59,624 nucleotides of DNA from Mariprofundales bacterium (GCA_030950645.1 JAUZRF010000007.1:1-59624); one strand, 5' to 3'. Shown: positions 9,069 through 16,536, counted from the first letter of the stretch. The notes: a model not told the origin generated them from the letters alone. Numbers and translations: made by a program.

Positions 9069-9190
9069 GTTAACAACTGAGCTCATTCCTGACTTTCTCG
9101 ATAGCTGCGTTGAAAAATGCGCATTTACAGTAGTCAACTCCGTTTTTTCGCCTTGCCATCAGAAAAATCAGAAGTGATCTGAGCAGTTAC
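9069..9190 (+). mobile_element. MITE copy, diverged 121-bp core
   Basis: GTTAACAACTGAGCTCATTCCTGACTTTC...GAAAAATCAGAAGTGATCTGAGCAGTTAC. No TSD recognised. Its right third is read as the last 18 codons of accC. Confidence 0.7.
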
Positions 9191-10543
9191 CTCGCTTTTT
9201 CTCATCTGCTCTAACCACTCTTCAAGGAAGTGAATGTTAAACTCCCCCGCTTGAAAGGCTGGATTGGCCAGCAGGCAGCGGTGCAGATCCTGGTTGGTGG
9301 TGATGCCGCTAATCACCAGCTCGTCCATTGCCCGTTGCATGCGGCGGATACATTTTTGACGACCACGGGCATGGGTGATGATCTTGCCGATCATGGAGTC
9401 ATAATAGGGGGGGATGGTGTAGCCGCTGTAGATGGCGGTATCAATGCGCACGCTGCGTCCGCCTGGCGCGTGAAATAGCTCAATGGTTCCTGGCGAGGGG
9501 GTGAACTTGAAGGGATCCTCAGCATTGAGGCGACACTCAATGGCGTGGCCTTTCATTTTGAGATCCTTCTGGGTGAAGTCGAGCTTCTCTCCGGCCGCGA
9601 CGCGAAGCTGCCACTCGATCAGATCAACACCGCTGATCCATTCAGTTACCGGATGTTCTACCTGTATTCGCGTATTCATTTCAATGAAATAGAATGATTT
9701 ATCGGTGTTCATCAAGAATTCGATGGTGCCTGCACCCTGATAGTTCACCGCCTTGGCTGCGGCCACTGCCGCCTGGTAGAGCTTGGCGCGGGTGTCGTCA
9801 TCACAAAATGGGCTGGGCGCCTCTTCTAATACCTTCTGGTTGTTGCGCTGAATCGAACACTCACGCTCAAACAGGTGGACAATGTTGCCATGGTTGTCAC
9901 CCAATACCTGTACTTCGATATGGCGTGGGGTTTCGAGGAACTTCTCCAGATAGACCGTGTCATCACCAAATGCTGCGGCAGCCTCGCTCTTGGCCATCAT
10001 GATCGCATTGGCCAGCGATGCGTGCTGATGCACCACCTTCATACCGCGACCACCACCACCGGATGCGGCCTTGATGATCACTGGATAACCCGCCGCCTCG
10101 GCAGCGGCTTCAGCCTCCTCATAGCTGTTCATTGCCCCCTCTGAACCCGGAACCAGCGGAACTCCAGCTTTTTTCATGGTGGCCTTGGCGGTCACTTTGT
10201 TGCCCATGGTGCGCATGGAGTCTGGTGTAGGGCCAATCCAAGTGTAGCCAGATTCGAGTACGATCTCGGCAAATTCAGCATTTTCGGCTAGGAAACCATA
10301 ACCAGGATGGATGGCGTCTGCGTCGGTCACCTCGGCGGCGGCCATGATCGACGGGATGTTGAGGTATGAAAGTTGGGCAGGGGCAGGACCCACACAGATC
10401 GCCTCATCGGCTAGCCGGGTATGCATGGCATCGCGATCAGCCTCGGAATAGATGGCTACGGTTTTGATGCCCAGTTCCCGGCAACAACGGATAATGCGTA
10501 CGGCAATTTCGCCGCGATTAGCGATCAGGATTTTATGAAACAT
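9134..10543 (-). CDS. accC: Acetyl-CoA carboxylase biotin carboxylase subunit
   Basis: MFHKILIANRGEIAVRIIR..., an ATP-grasp protein with full-length similarity to AccC. The last 18 aa (VTAQITSDFSDGKAKKRS) are encoded by the MITE. Confidence 0.95.
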   Translation of the reverse strand: MFHKILIANRGEIAVRIIRCCRELGIKTVAIYSEADRDAMHTRLADEAICVGPAPAQLSYLNIPSIMAAAEVTDADAIHPGYGFLAENAEFAEIVLESGYTWIGPTPDSMRTMGNKVTAKATMKKAGVPLVPGSEGAMNSYEEAEAAAEAAGYPVIIKAASGGGGRGMKVVHQHASLANAIMMAKSEAAAAFGDDTVYLEKFLETPRHIEVQVLGDNHGNIVHLFERECSIQRNNQKVLEEAPSPFCDDDTRAKLYQAAVAAAKAVNYQGAGTIEFLMNTDKSFYFIEMNTRIQVEHPVTEWISGVDLIEWQLRVAAGEKLDFTQKDLKMKGHAIECRLNAEDPFKFTPSPGTIELFHAPGGRSVRIDTAIYSGYTIPPYYDSMIGKIITHARGRQKCIRRMQRAMDELVISGITTNQDLHRCLLANPAFQAGEFNIHFLEEWLEQMRKSEVTAQITSDFSDGKAKKRS

Positions 10544-10552
10544 GGTCTCTGC

Positions 10553-11017
10553 TTAAGCTGGGGTGATGACGAACAGTGGTTGGCCATACTCCACCGGCGT
10601 GGCATTTTCGAGCAGGATGCTCTCTACCACACCAGTGTATTCCGCTTCAATCTCGTTCATCAGTTTCATCGCCTCGATGATGCACAGGGTGTCGCCTTTA
10701 TTTACCCGATCTCCCGGCTTGATGAATGCCGGCGCATCGGGGGCGGGTGCCAGATAGAAGGTTCCTACCATTGGTGAGGTTACCGTGTGCTGGTGACGCG
10801 TTTCATCCTCTTCGGCCTGTTGGACAGCCGCAACATCGGTGGCGAATGGGCCGGCAGACAGCATGGGCGCAGGGAATCCTGGCATGGATGAGGTGGTGAT
10901 TACCCCCTCCACCTTACGGCTGATGCGCACCGAGTTATCGCCGTCTTTGACCTCGATCTCGGAGAGGTCGGAGCTTTGCAGCAGTCGTGCCAGCTTACGA
11001 ATTTGTCCAATATCCAT
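10553..11017 (-). CDS. accB: Acetyl-CoA carboxylase biotin carboxyl carrier protein
   Basis: C-terminal biotinyl domain with the [10 protein letters not shown] motif. Immediately upstream of accC. Confidence 0.9.
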   Translation of the reverse strand: MDIGQIRKLARLLQSSDLSEIEVKDGDNSVRISRKVEGVITTSSMPGFPAPMLSAGPFATDVAAVQQAEEDETRHQHTVTSPMVGTFYLAPAPDAPAFIKPGDRVNKGDTLCIIEAMKLMNEIEAEYTGVVESILLENATPVEYGQPLFVITPA

Positions 11018-11023
11018 CGTGTG

Positions 11024-11488
11024 TTATCCTATTTGTGTTGTTTTGAAATGGTTGTTGAGGGCGTGCAGTGCGAGCAGGTAACCGTAGCCGCCTAAGCCGG
11101 TGATCGAGCCTAATGCGATGTCGGCGATGTAGGAGTGGTGGCGAAATGGCTCCCGCTGCTGGATGTTTGACAGATGCACCTCGATGCAGGGGATGGCAAC
11201 AGCCAGTAGCGCGTCACGAATAGCCACGCTGGTGTGGGTGAACGCTGCTGGGTTGATGATGATGCCGCCAACCTGTTCGGTTTTGGCCTGGTGAATGCGA
11301 TCCACCAGATCCCCTTCATGGTTGCTCTGCATGGTGGCCAGGGTGAGTTCCAGTGAATCCGCTAAGGTGTGCAGTTGGTGGTCGATGGAGGACAGGGTTT
11401 GGTCGCCATATTTGTCGGGCTCACGGCTGCCAAGCAGGTTGAGGTTGGGTCCGTGGAGTACCAATACCGAAGTTGGAGAGGCGTTCAT
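11024..11488 (-). CDS. aroQ: Type II 3-dehydroquinate dehydratase
   Basis: [21 protein letters not shown]... and [16 protein letters not shown] motifs. Start trimmed to ATG 11488 (ATGA overlap with the upstream stop). Confidence 0.9.
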   Translation of the reverse strand: MNASPTSVLVLHGPNLNLLGSREPDKYGDQTLSSIDHQLHTLADSLELTLATMQSNHEGDLVDRIHQAKTEQVGGIIINPAAFTHTSVAIRDALLAVAIPCIEVHLSNIQQREPFRHHSYIADIALGSITGLGGYGYLLALHALNNHFKTTQIG

Positions 11489-11973
11489 GATGGGGTTTGC
11501 TCCGCTTGCCATCGATTTCTTAGCCGCGATAGTCGCAGGTCGTTGGGACGGCTGGAGAGAAGCTCTTCTACCATGGCAAGTGCCTGCGCCAGATCGCCTT
11601 GGCTATGTAGCAATTTGGCGATGCGCATCGATCCTGGTGTGGAGGAGATGGTGGCGGAATCCTCATGTTGTTGGAGGCGTTTGGCGCGGCGGTAGTGTTC
11701 TTTGGCCTGCTTGTCATCGCCTTGTTTTTGTGCCAGCTTTCCTAACAGGTACCACAAACGGGCATCGGCAGTGGCGAAGTTGCTGAGCTCATCAAGCAGG
11801 CTCTGCGCTGCATCAAGCTGATTGTTTTGCAGAAGCTCGACCACTTGTGATAAACCTGCACCCACACCGGGCCAATTGTCTGGCATCGGTATCTGCTTGG
11901 GCATGGGGTTGGGCTTGGATGTACTCTCTGGCAGCATGCGGCTCAATCTATGGGGTGTGTTGAATCTGGTCAA
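11485..11973 (-). CDS. TPR-repeat protein, function unknown
   Basis: 162 aa with TPR-like helices ([25 protein letters not shown]...). Coupled to aroQ by an ATGA overlap. Confidence 0.5.
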   Translation of the reverse strand: MTRFNTPHRLSRMLPESTSKPNPMPKQIPMPDNWPGVGAGLSQVVELLQNNQLDAAQSLLDELSNFATADARLWYLLGKLAQKQGDDKQAKEHYRRAKRLQQHEDSATISSTPGSMRIAKLLHSQGDLAQALAMVEELLSSRPNDLRLSRLRNRWQAEQTPS

Positions 11974-12052
11974 TGCGAAAAGCTCGGTTTTGTGCGCTTT
12001 TGTGATCGTTTGTCCGCACTTTTAGTATAAAATTGGTAGTTTTGGAGAGGGA

Positions 12053-12250
12053 ATGCAGATTCAGCTTAATGGCGAAAGTCGAGAAATTGAGGCGCCAACA
12101 TTGGCGCTATTGGTGGCGGAATTGGGGCTGGAGACGCGAACGATTGCCATTGAGTATAATTTAGAGGTAGCACCCAAAAGTGGCTGGGGGCAGTGTCAAA
12201 TTCATACCGGTGATCGCATTGAAGTGGTGCAGATGATCGGTGGCGGATGA
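12053..12250 (+). CDS. thiS: Sulfur-carrier protein ThiS
   Basis: 65 aa with a ubiquitin-like fold signature, ending ...VQMIGGG. Confidence 0.8.
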   Translation: MQIQLNGESREIEAPTLALLVAELGLETRTIAIEYNLEVAPKSGWGQCQIHTGDRIEVVQMIGGG

Positions 12251-12417
12251 ACGGGGTCGTACTTTACTGATGAACCCAATTTTATAAGACCGATGTGAAC
12301 TCGAAGATCCTCGCGATAACGCAAATGTTCTTCTGTAAATTTGGACAACCATTGGTTTTTCAATGTGGAGAAGAGCTCCACGCTCACCACATTGCTGGTG
12401 CGCAACCGCTTACGCAC
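12251..12417 (-). pseudogene. Possible C-terminal remnant of an IS3-family (rve) transposase
   Basis: The translation ...TSNVVSVELFSTLKNQWLSKFTEEHLRYREDLRVHI... resembles the DNAxAESFFxTLK..Y.TxxEAR block of IS3 OrfB. No N-terminal part is present and there are no IRs. Confidence 0.3.
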
Positions 12418-12430
12418 TGATTCATCGAAA

Positions 12431-12551
12431 GTAACTACTCAGCTCACTCCCTGTTTTCCTGATAGCGGCGTTGAAAAATGCGCATTTACAGTCGTAAACG
12501 CCGCTTTTTCGCCTTGCCATCATAAAAACCAGAAGCGATCTGAGCAGTTAC
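12431..12551 (+). mobile_element. MITE copy, 121-bp core
   Basis: GTAACTACTCAGCTCACTCCCTG...CCAGAAGCGATCTGAGCAGTTAC. Flanks CATCGAAA / CCTGTTTC do not match, so there is no TSD. Confidence 0.85.
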
Positions 12552-12583
12552 CCTGTTTCTCATGCTGATGATCGGTGGCGGCA

Positions 12584-12630
12584 TACTGACACCCTGACTG
12601 CTGCCATCGGCATAAATCAGGGTGTCAGTA
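12584..12630. other. 14-bp perfect inverted repeat (hairpin) downstream of the cytochrome c gene
   Basis: TACTGACACCCTGA (12584-12597) and TCAGGGTGTCAGTA (12617-12630) with a 19-nt loop. No U-tract on either strand. Confidence 0.4.
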
Positions 12631-12666
12631 CGCCAATTCGCATTCGTGGTTAGATGCGCGCCCTTC

Positions 12667-13107
12667 TTATTGCGGCTTACCACCCATGTTGATCGCTTTG
12701 CCCTCTGACAACGATGTCAGATAGCTTATCAGTTCAACCATTTCTTTACTGCCGTAGGCCGGTGGCGTTCCATGCAACGCGCCCAGAACGCAGTTGTGCA
12801 CCTGATTCTGCAGCGTGAGTACAGCACCACGCTTCTTATTGTAACGCGGGAAAATAGCTGCCGCATTGGTAAGGCTCGGGATAGCTTTGCCGTTAGGCAG
12901 TTCCCCCATCGTGGTGCCTCCTGCCTTGTGGCAACTGGTACAATGTCTGCCATTGCCGGCGAAAGTCGCTGTCATCAACAGCTGCTTGCCGTTTTGCACA
13001 GCCTGATCCAGCGGGCTTGCCATACTGGCAATGGGGAGCGCCCCCGCAACACTCAGCAGTCCCACGACAAAAGTCAGCGATGCACGCCATTTGTGTTTCA
13101 TGAACAT
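12667..13107 (-). CDS. Monohaem c-type cytochrome (periplasmic)
   Basis: Signal peptide, a single CTSCH haem-binding motif, and an AAGGAG RBS upstream of ATG 13107. Confidence 0.75.
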   Translation of the reverse strand: MFMKHKWRASLTFVVGLLSVAGALPIASMASPLDQAVQNGKQLLMTATFAGNGRHCTSCHKAGGTTMGELPNGKAIPSLTNAAAIFPRYNKKRGAVLTLQNQVHNCVLGALHGTPPAYGSKEMVELISYLTSLSEGKAINMGGKPQ

Positions 13108-13127
13108 CAGTTTTCTCCTTATTATTG

Positions 13128-13279
13128 GTAACTACTCAGCACCCATTGAAAACATCCCGTAACTGCTTAGATCGCTTCCGGTTTTCCTGATAGCAAGGCG
13201 AAAAAGCGGAGTTTACTACTGTAAATGAGTATTTTTCAACGCCGCTATCGGGAAAACCGGGAGTGAGCTGAGTAGTTAC
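13128..13279 (-). mobile_element. MITE copy: alpha short module (13128-13164) plus 121-bp core (13159-13279)
   Basis: Perfect 8-bp TSD TATTATTG at 13120-13127 and 13280-13287. Sits 8 nt beyond the RBS of the cytochrome c gene. Confidence 0.9.
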
Positions 13280-13320
13280 TATTATTGTAACTTTTGCGAG
13301 GGCATCATTCTTGACCTGAA

Positions 13321-13357
13321 ACAAAAACAGCCACTTGCGATTGTTTGCAAGTGGCTG
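13321..13357 (-). terminator. Rho-independent terminator of tRNA-Glu
   Basis: Stem CAGCCACTTGC / GCAAGTGGCTG (13328-13338 / 13347-13357), followed on the minus strand by TTTTTGT. Confidence 0.75.
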
Positions 13358-13365
13358 TTTGTTAT

Positions 13366-13442
13366 TGGCGTCCCCAACCGGATTCGAACCGGTGTTGCCG
13401 CCGTGAAAGGGCGGTGTCCTAGGCCGACTAGACGATGGGGAC
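13366..13442 (-). tRNA. tRNA-Glu (anticodon UUC), CCA encoded
   Basis: The reverse complement GTCCCCATCGTCTAGTCGGCCTAGGACACCGCCCTTTCACGGCGGCAACACCGGTTCGAATCCGGTTGGGGACGCCA folds as a cloverleaf. The anticodon loop is CTTTCAC. Confidence 0.9.
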
Positions 13443-13501
13443 CTCGATCACGAGGGCTGCGCACTCTAAGGTGCGATACCAGTGCGTCAATTGTGCGATA
13501 A

Positions 13502-14008
13502 TCAGCGGATGATGACCCGCTCACCGGGTTGCACGCGATCAAACAGGGTGATGATGTCGCAGTTACGCATACGGATGCAGCCGTGCGAGCTTGGAGTGCC
13601 GATGGCTGCCTCATCATGGGTGCCGTGGATGTAGATGTAGCGCTGCCAGGTATCCACGCTGCCACGGCGATTTTGTCCGGTTTGCTCTCCCGCCAGCCAA
13701 AGGATTCGGCTGAGAATCCAATCTTGTGTCGGGTCATCACGGGTTGGCTGGTAGATGCCGACAGGCTGGCGGCCGCGAAAAGCAGTACGAATCGGCATCC
13801 CTTTGCCAATTTTGGCGGCGATGTGGTGGCGTCCGATTGGTGTTTGCAGGCTGCCACGGAGATTGCCTTTCCCCGCCTTAGCGGTGGATACCGGATACGA
13901 CCTCCACACACCATAAAAACGATGGGCGAGATATTGCCCTGCAATATCAACGCGGATCAAGGAGTTTGATCCAGCTCTGTACCATGGATTGGCATAGCGC
14001 GTTGCCAT
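13502..14008 (-). CDS. L,D-transpeptidase (YkuD domain)
   Basis: Catalytic motif IHGTHDEAAIGTPSSHGCIRM. Start uncertain: ATG 14008 overlaps the upstream gene, TTG near 13962 is possible, and the ORF track extends to 14236. Confidence 0.75.
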   Translation of the reverse strand: MATRYANPWYRAGSNSLIRVDIAGQYLAHRFYGVWRSYPVSTAKAGKGNLRGSLQTPIGRHHIAAKIGKGMPIRTAFRGRQPVGIYQPTRDDPTQDWILSRILWLAGEQTGQNRRGSVDTWQRYIYIHGTHDEAAIGTPSSHGCIRMRNCDIITLFDRVQPGERVIIR

Positions 14009-14651
14009 CGGGTAGATGGATGGGGGTTTGTTGCTTGATGGCGTCAATGCCCTGTTGGCCAAGGTGAATCCGTTCTGATGCCCCGTGTGAAATCCAACTG
14101 TCGATGAGCGCAGCATCGACTTCGGCATGAAACTGCAATCCATACAGGCTGCCGGCGATGCGGAATGCCTGGTTGGGCACTTCAGGGCTGCTCGCGAGAA
14201 GATTCGCATCTGGTGGCAGGGTGAAGCTCTCTCCATGCCACTGAAACAGATGGACGGGCTGAGTTAGGTGCTGAAAGAGGGGATCCTGCGCAGCAATAGC
14301 TGTGGGCAGAAGCGGATACCATCCCAACTCTCTTATCGGGGATGGGGTGATGGTGCCATTTGCGGCCTTGGCCAATAACTGCGCACCAAGACAGATGCCG
14401 AGCGTGGCTTTTTGCTGTGCAATGCACCACTTTAGCAGAGTGAGTTGTTGTTGGATTGCAGGGGTTGAATCATTGGCTGAGGCGGGGCCACCCATGACAA
14501 CTACCCCGCAGTAGTCATGGGCGTGGTCGGGAATGGGGTTGCTCTCTGCGAGCAGGGTATGCAGCGTGATCCCTGCCGCAGTGAGCGCTGAGCCAATCAG
14601 GGCAGGTGGTTCATGCTCCACCTGTTGAATCACGAGAACTTGCTTATTCAC
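13947..14651 (-). CDS. Class I glutamine amidotransferase-like protein
   Basis: GICLGAQLLA nucleophile elbow and LQFHAEV His motif. GTG start. Confidence 0.8.
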   Translation of the reverse strand: MNKQVLVIQQVEHEPPALIGSALTAAGITLHTLLAESNPIPDHAHDYCGVVVMGGPASANDSTPAIQQQLTLLKWCIAQQKATLGICLGAQLLAKAANGTITPSPIRELGWYPLLPTAIAAQDPLFQHLTQPVHLFQWHGESFTLPPDANLLASSPEVPNQAFRIAGSLYGLQFHAEVDAALIDSWISHGASERIHLGQQGIDAIKQQTPIHLPDGNALCQSMVQSWIKLLDPR

Positions 14652-14663
14652 TTTTGTTCAAAG

Positions 14664-14966
14664 GTAACTGCTCAGATTGCTTCTGATTTTCCTGATAGCG
14701 GCGTTGAAAAATGCTCATTTACAGTAGTAAACTCCGCTTTTCCGCCTTGCTATCAAGAAAATCAGAAGCAATCTGAGCAGTTACAGTCATTTTTGGGTAG
14801 GGTGCTGAGTAGTTACCAGCACCCATTGATTGAAAACATCCCGTAACGGCACAGATCGCTTCCGGTTTTTCTGATGGTAAGGCAAAAAATCTTAAGTTTA
14901 CTACTGAGCCTCTTGCAAAACTCATGAGCATTTTTCAACGCCGCTATCAGAAAAATCAGTAGTGAT
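14664..14966. mobile_element. Composite MITE cluster: core (14664-14784), beta module (14779-14816), truncated alpha module (14811-14847), decayed inverted core (14843-14966)
   Basis: The whole cluster is flanked by a perfect 8-bp TSD GTTCAAAG (14656-14663 / 14967-14974). The first core has a 28-bp perfect TIR. Confidence 0.85.
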
Positions 14967-14968
14967 GT

Positions 14969-15175
14969 TCAAAGTCTTACAAAATATGGCAACGCGACCA
15001 AAACGGTGCCGACAATGACAAGCAGATACACATTCGATATAAAATATGGGAACACCATGAGGATGATGCCGGTGCCTTGTGGAACGATTGCCTTCTGTTT
15101 CTTACCGTAGCTAAAGAAAGCAATGCCAATGGCGCCGAATAGCATCCCCCACATTAGTAGCGCTGTATTTTCCAT
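14969..15175 (-). CDS. Small two-TM membrane protein, function unknown
   Basis: 68 aa, strongly hydrophobic. The stop TGA lies inside the right TSD copy of the MITE cluster. Confidence 0.45.
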   Translation of the reverse strand: MENTALLMWGMLFGAIGIAFFSYGKKQKAIVPQGTGIILMVFPYFISNVYLLVIVGTVLVALPYFVRL

Positions 15176-15228
15176 GTTCGTGCGTTATGCGATGGGCAAG
15201 TGGCGAGAACAGGTGCGAGATAACCCAA

Positions 15229-15534
15229 TCATTTGACGGCCTTATCCCATCCGAGCCATACTGGTTTCGCCACAGGGGGCTTCGCATCGCTCTGCATTTC
15301 TAGGTATAGATTTTCGACTTTTTTCCGCGCCCAAGGTGTTTTCCGCAGAAATTTCAGGCTGGACTTCACTGATGGGTCGCTGTTGAAACATTTGATTTTT
15401 ATATGCATGCCCAATTCATCCCAGCCAAAATGGGCAACGAGGTTATTCACAATCTGCTCCAAGGTAATACCATGCAGTGGGTTGTTGATCTGTTTTTGCT
15501 TTTGGATGTCGGGGTCAGGTCTTGTTTCGCGCAT
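15229..15534 (-). CDS. VF530-family (DUF2132) putative DNA-binding protein
   Basis: [25 protein letters not shown]...[20 protein letters not shown] matches DUF2132. ATG 15534 has a GGGGA RBS. The ORF track extends to 15546. Confidence 0.7.
   Translation of the reverse strand: MRETRPDPDIQKQKQINNPLHGITLEQIVNNLVAHFGWDELGMHIKIKCFNSDPSVKSSLKFLRKTPWARKKVENLYLEMQSDAKPPVAKPVWLGWDKAVK
15511..15531. repeat. Left arm of a 21-bp perfect inverted repeat (partner 15896-15916)
   Basis: GGGGTCAGGTCTTGTTTCGCG. Extends to about 28 bp with 2 mismatches. Overlaps codons 2-8 of the DUF2132 gene. Confidence 0.85.
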
Positions 15535-15562
15535 TTTTATCCCCATCTTTGATGAAGCGACT

Positions 15563-15683
15563 GTAACTGCTCAGATCGATTCTGGTTTTTTTGATTGCAA
15601 GGCGAAAAAGCGGAGTTTACTACTGTCAATGCGCATTTTTCAACGCCGCTATCGGGAAAGCTGGGAGTGAGCTGAGTAGTTAC
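15563..15683 (-). mobile_element. MITE copy, 121-bp core, abutting a truncated transposase pseudogene
   Basis: GTAACTGCTCAGATCGATTCTGG...GGGAGTGAGCTGAGTAGTTAC. No TSD. The RAYT-like reading frame stops exactly at its right end. Confidence 0.85.
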
Positions 15684-15871
15684 CAGGTGATAATGGTTGC
15701 TCATCAGGCAGTAGGCGTGACATCGCCAGCCAACCGTCCGATCACATGCTTGAGCACATCAAGAAACATGCTCCTATCGTTGTCAGATAGGTAAATTTCT
15801 GTGCGGCCATTGCCCCGAGAGGTTACATGGTACATAGCTCCGTCATACTCAATGCGTAATGATCTTGCCAT
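15684..15871 (-). pseudogene. RAYT-like / IS200-IS605-family Y1 (HUH) transposase, N-terminal fragment, frameshifted and truncated
   Basis: Translates MARSLRIEYDGAMYHVTSRGNGRTEIYLSDNDRSMFLDVLKHVIGRLAGD. After a 1-nt frameshift it continues CHAYCLMSNHYHL (HUH motif) and ends at the MITE terminus. The catalytic-Tyr half is absent. Confidence 0.75.
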
Positions 15872-15895
15872 GCCCATATTCTAGCGTTTGAGATC

Positions 15896-15916
15896 CGCGA
15901 AACAAGACCTGACCCC
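15896..15916. repeat. Right arm of the 21-bp perfect inverted repeat (partner 15511-15531)
   Basis: CGCGAAACAAGACCTGACCCC, 25 nt upstream of the RAYT-like ATG. Confidence 0.85.
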
Positions 15917-16067
15917 TACATTTTATGGCTAGCGGGGAATGACTCCCCTTTGGTGGTGAAAATAGCGAATGACAGCGGATTCAGCACTAGCTATCATTCC
16001 TTCCTGCGACGGGTGCTCTTTTGTGGCCGTGCGCATTATTATTAATTGATTGGTGAAAGGAGAGTGT

Positions 16068-16490
16068 ATGAAAAAAATATTGATGATGGCTGCGGCGGCT
16101 GCGTTTGTGGCAGGCACCGTGGTGGCGACTCCGACATCTGCTGATGCGGCTGCCTACAACAAATGTAAAGCGTGCCATAATTTTTCGGCCAAGAAAAAAG
16201 TTGGGCCAGGTTGGGGTAAGGGTGATACTGGGCATGGGACGCAATCAGGTATCTTTGATCGTGAGGCGGGAGCTTCTCCTGGATTTCGATACAAGTTCAC
16301 CAAGTATATCAAGGATGGTAAAGCTTGGAAGTGGGATGAGGCGCATCTGCGTAAATGGATGTGTAACTCCAAGGATGCTGTGAAGGAATTCACTGGCAAT
16401 CCAAAAGCTAGAACCAAAATGCCACCACAGCATGTTTGCGATCCTAGCAAGCAGAATGAAGTTATTGCGTTTATGAAGACGCTCTCTTAG
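16068..16490 (+). CDS. Class I c-type cytochrome (c2-like), periplasmic
   Basis: AGGAGA RBS, signal peptide MKKILMMAAAAAFVAG, CKACH haem motif and distal Met (TKMPP). The ORF track starts at 16050. Confidence 0.85.
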   Translation: MKKILMMAAAAAFVAGTVVATPTSADAAAYNKCKACHNFSAKKKVGPGWGKGDTGHGTQSGIFDREAGASPGFRYKFTKYIKDGKAWKWDEAHLRKWMCNSKDAVKEFTGNPKARTKMPPQHVCDPSKQNEVIAFMKTLS

Positions 16491-16510
16491 CGCATAATTT
16501 TGGTGAATCA

Positions 16511-16536
16511 GGGCGGCTTTTAAGCCGCCCTTTTTT
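16511..16536 (+). terminator. Rho-independent terminator of the cytochrome c2-like gene
   Basis: GGGCGGC-ttttaa-GCCGCCC followed by TTTTTT. Confidence 0.85.

Noticed and set aside
11974-12052. I looked for a TPP riboswitch upstream of thiS (and of thiE/thiD) and for a glycine riboswitch upstream of gcvPB (46880-46940).
   Set aside because: The spacers are too short (79 and 61 nt). They also lack the conserved cores, which are CUGAGA with ACCUGAUCUGG for TPP and tandem GGAGAG..CACCG aptamers for glycine.
12584-12630. The 14-bp perfect hairpin after the cytochrome c gene could be its rho-independent terminator.
   Set aside because: No U-rich tract follows the stem on the minus strand, or on the plus strand. 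I kept it as an unexplained inverted repeat only.
13282-13500. The tRNA-Glu gene could be an integration site for a genomic island, since tRNA 3' ends are classic att sites.
   Set aside because: There is no integrase and no direct repeat of the tRNA 3' end. The neighbouring genes (cytochrome c, L,D-transpeptidase, amidotransferase) look like ordinary chromosomal genes, and only a MITE lies beside the tRNA terminator.
14955-14974. The variant terminus AGTAGTGATGTT is shared by the right edges of the clusters at 14966 and 16700, which could indicate a distinct end type.
   Set aside because: There are only two instances. It is explicable as the same two substitutions in GAGTAGTTAC plus a chance GTT in the flanks. 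At 16700 the TSD cannot be placed unambiguously.
15684-15871. The RAYT-like transposase could be the enzyme that spreads the 121-bp element, following a REPIN/RAYT model.
   Set aside because: IS200/IS605-RAYT transposition leaves no target duplication, whereas this family shows clean 8-bp TSDs. The gene is itself truncated by a copy, and its flanking 21-bp repeats are unrelated to the MITE termini.
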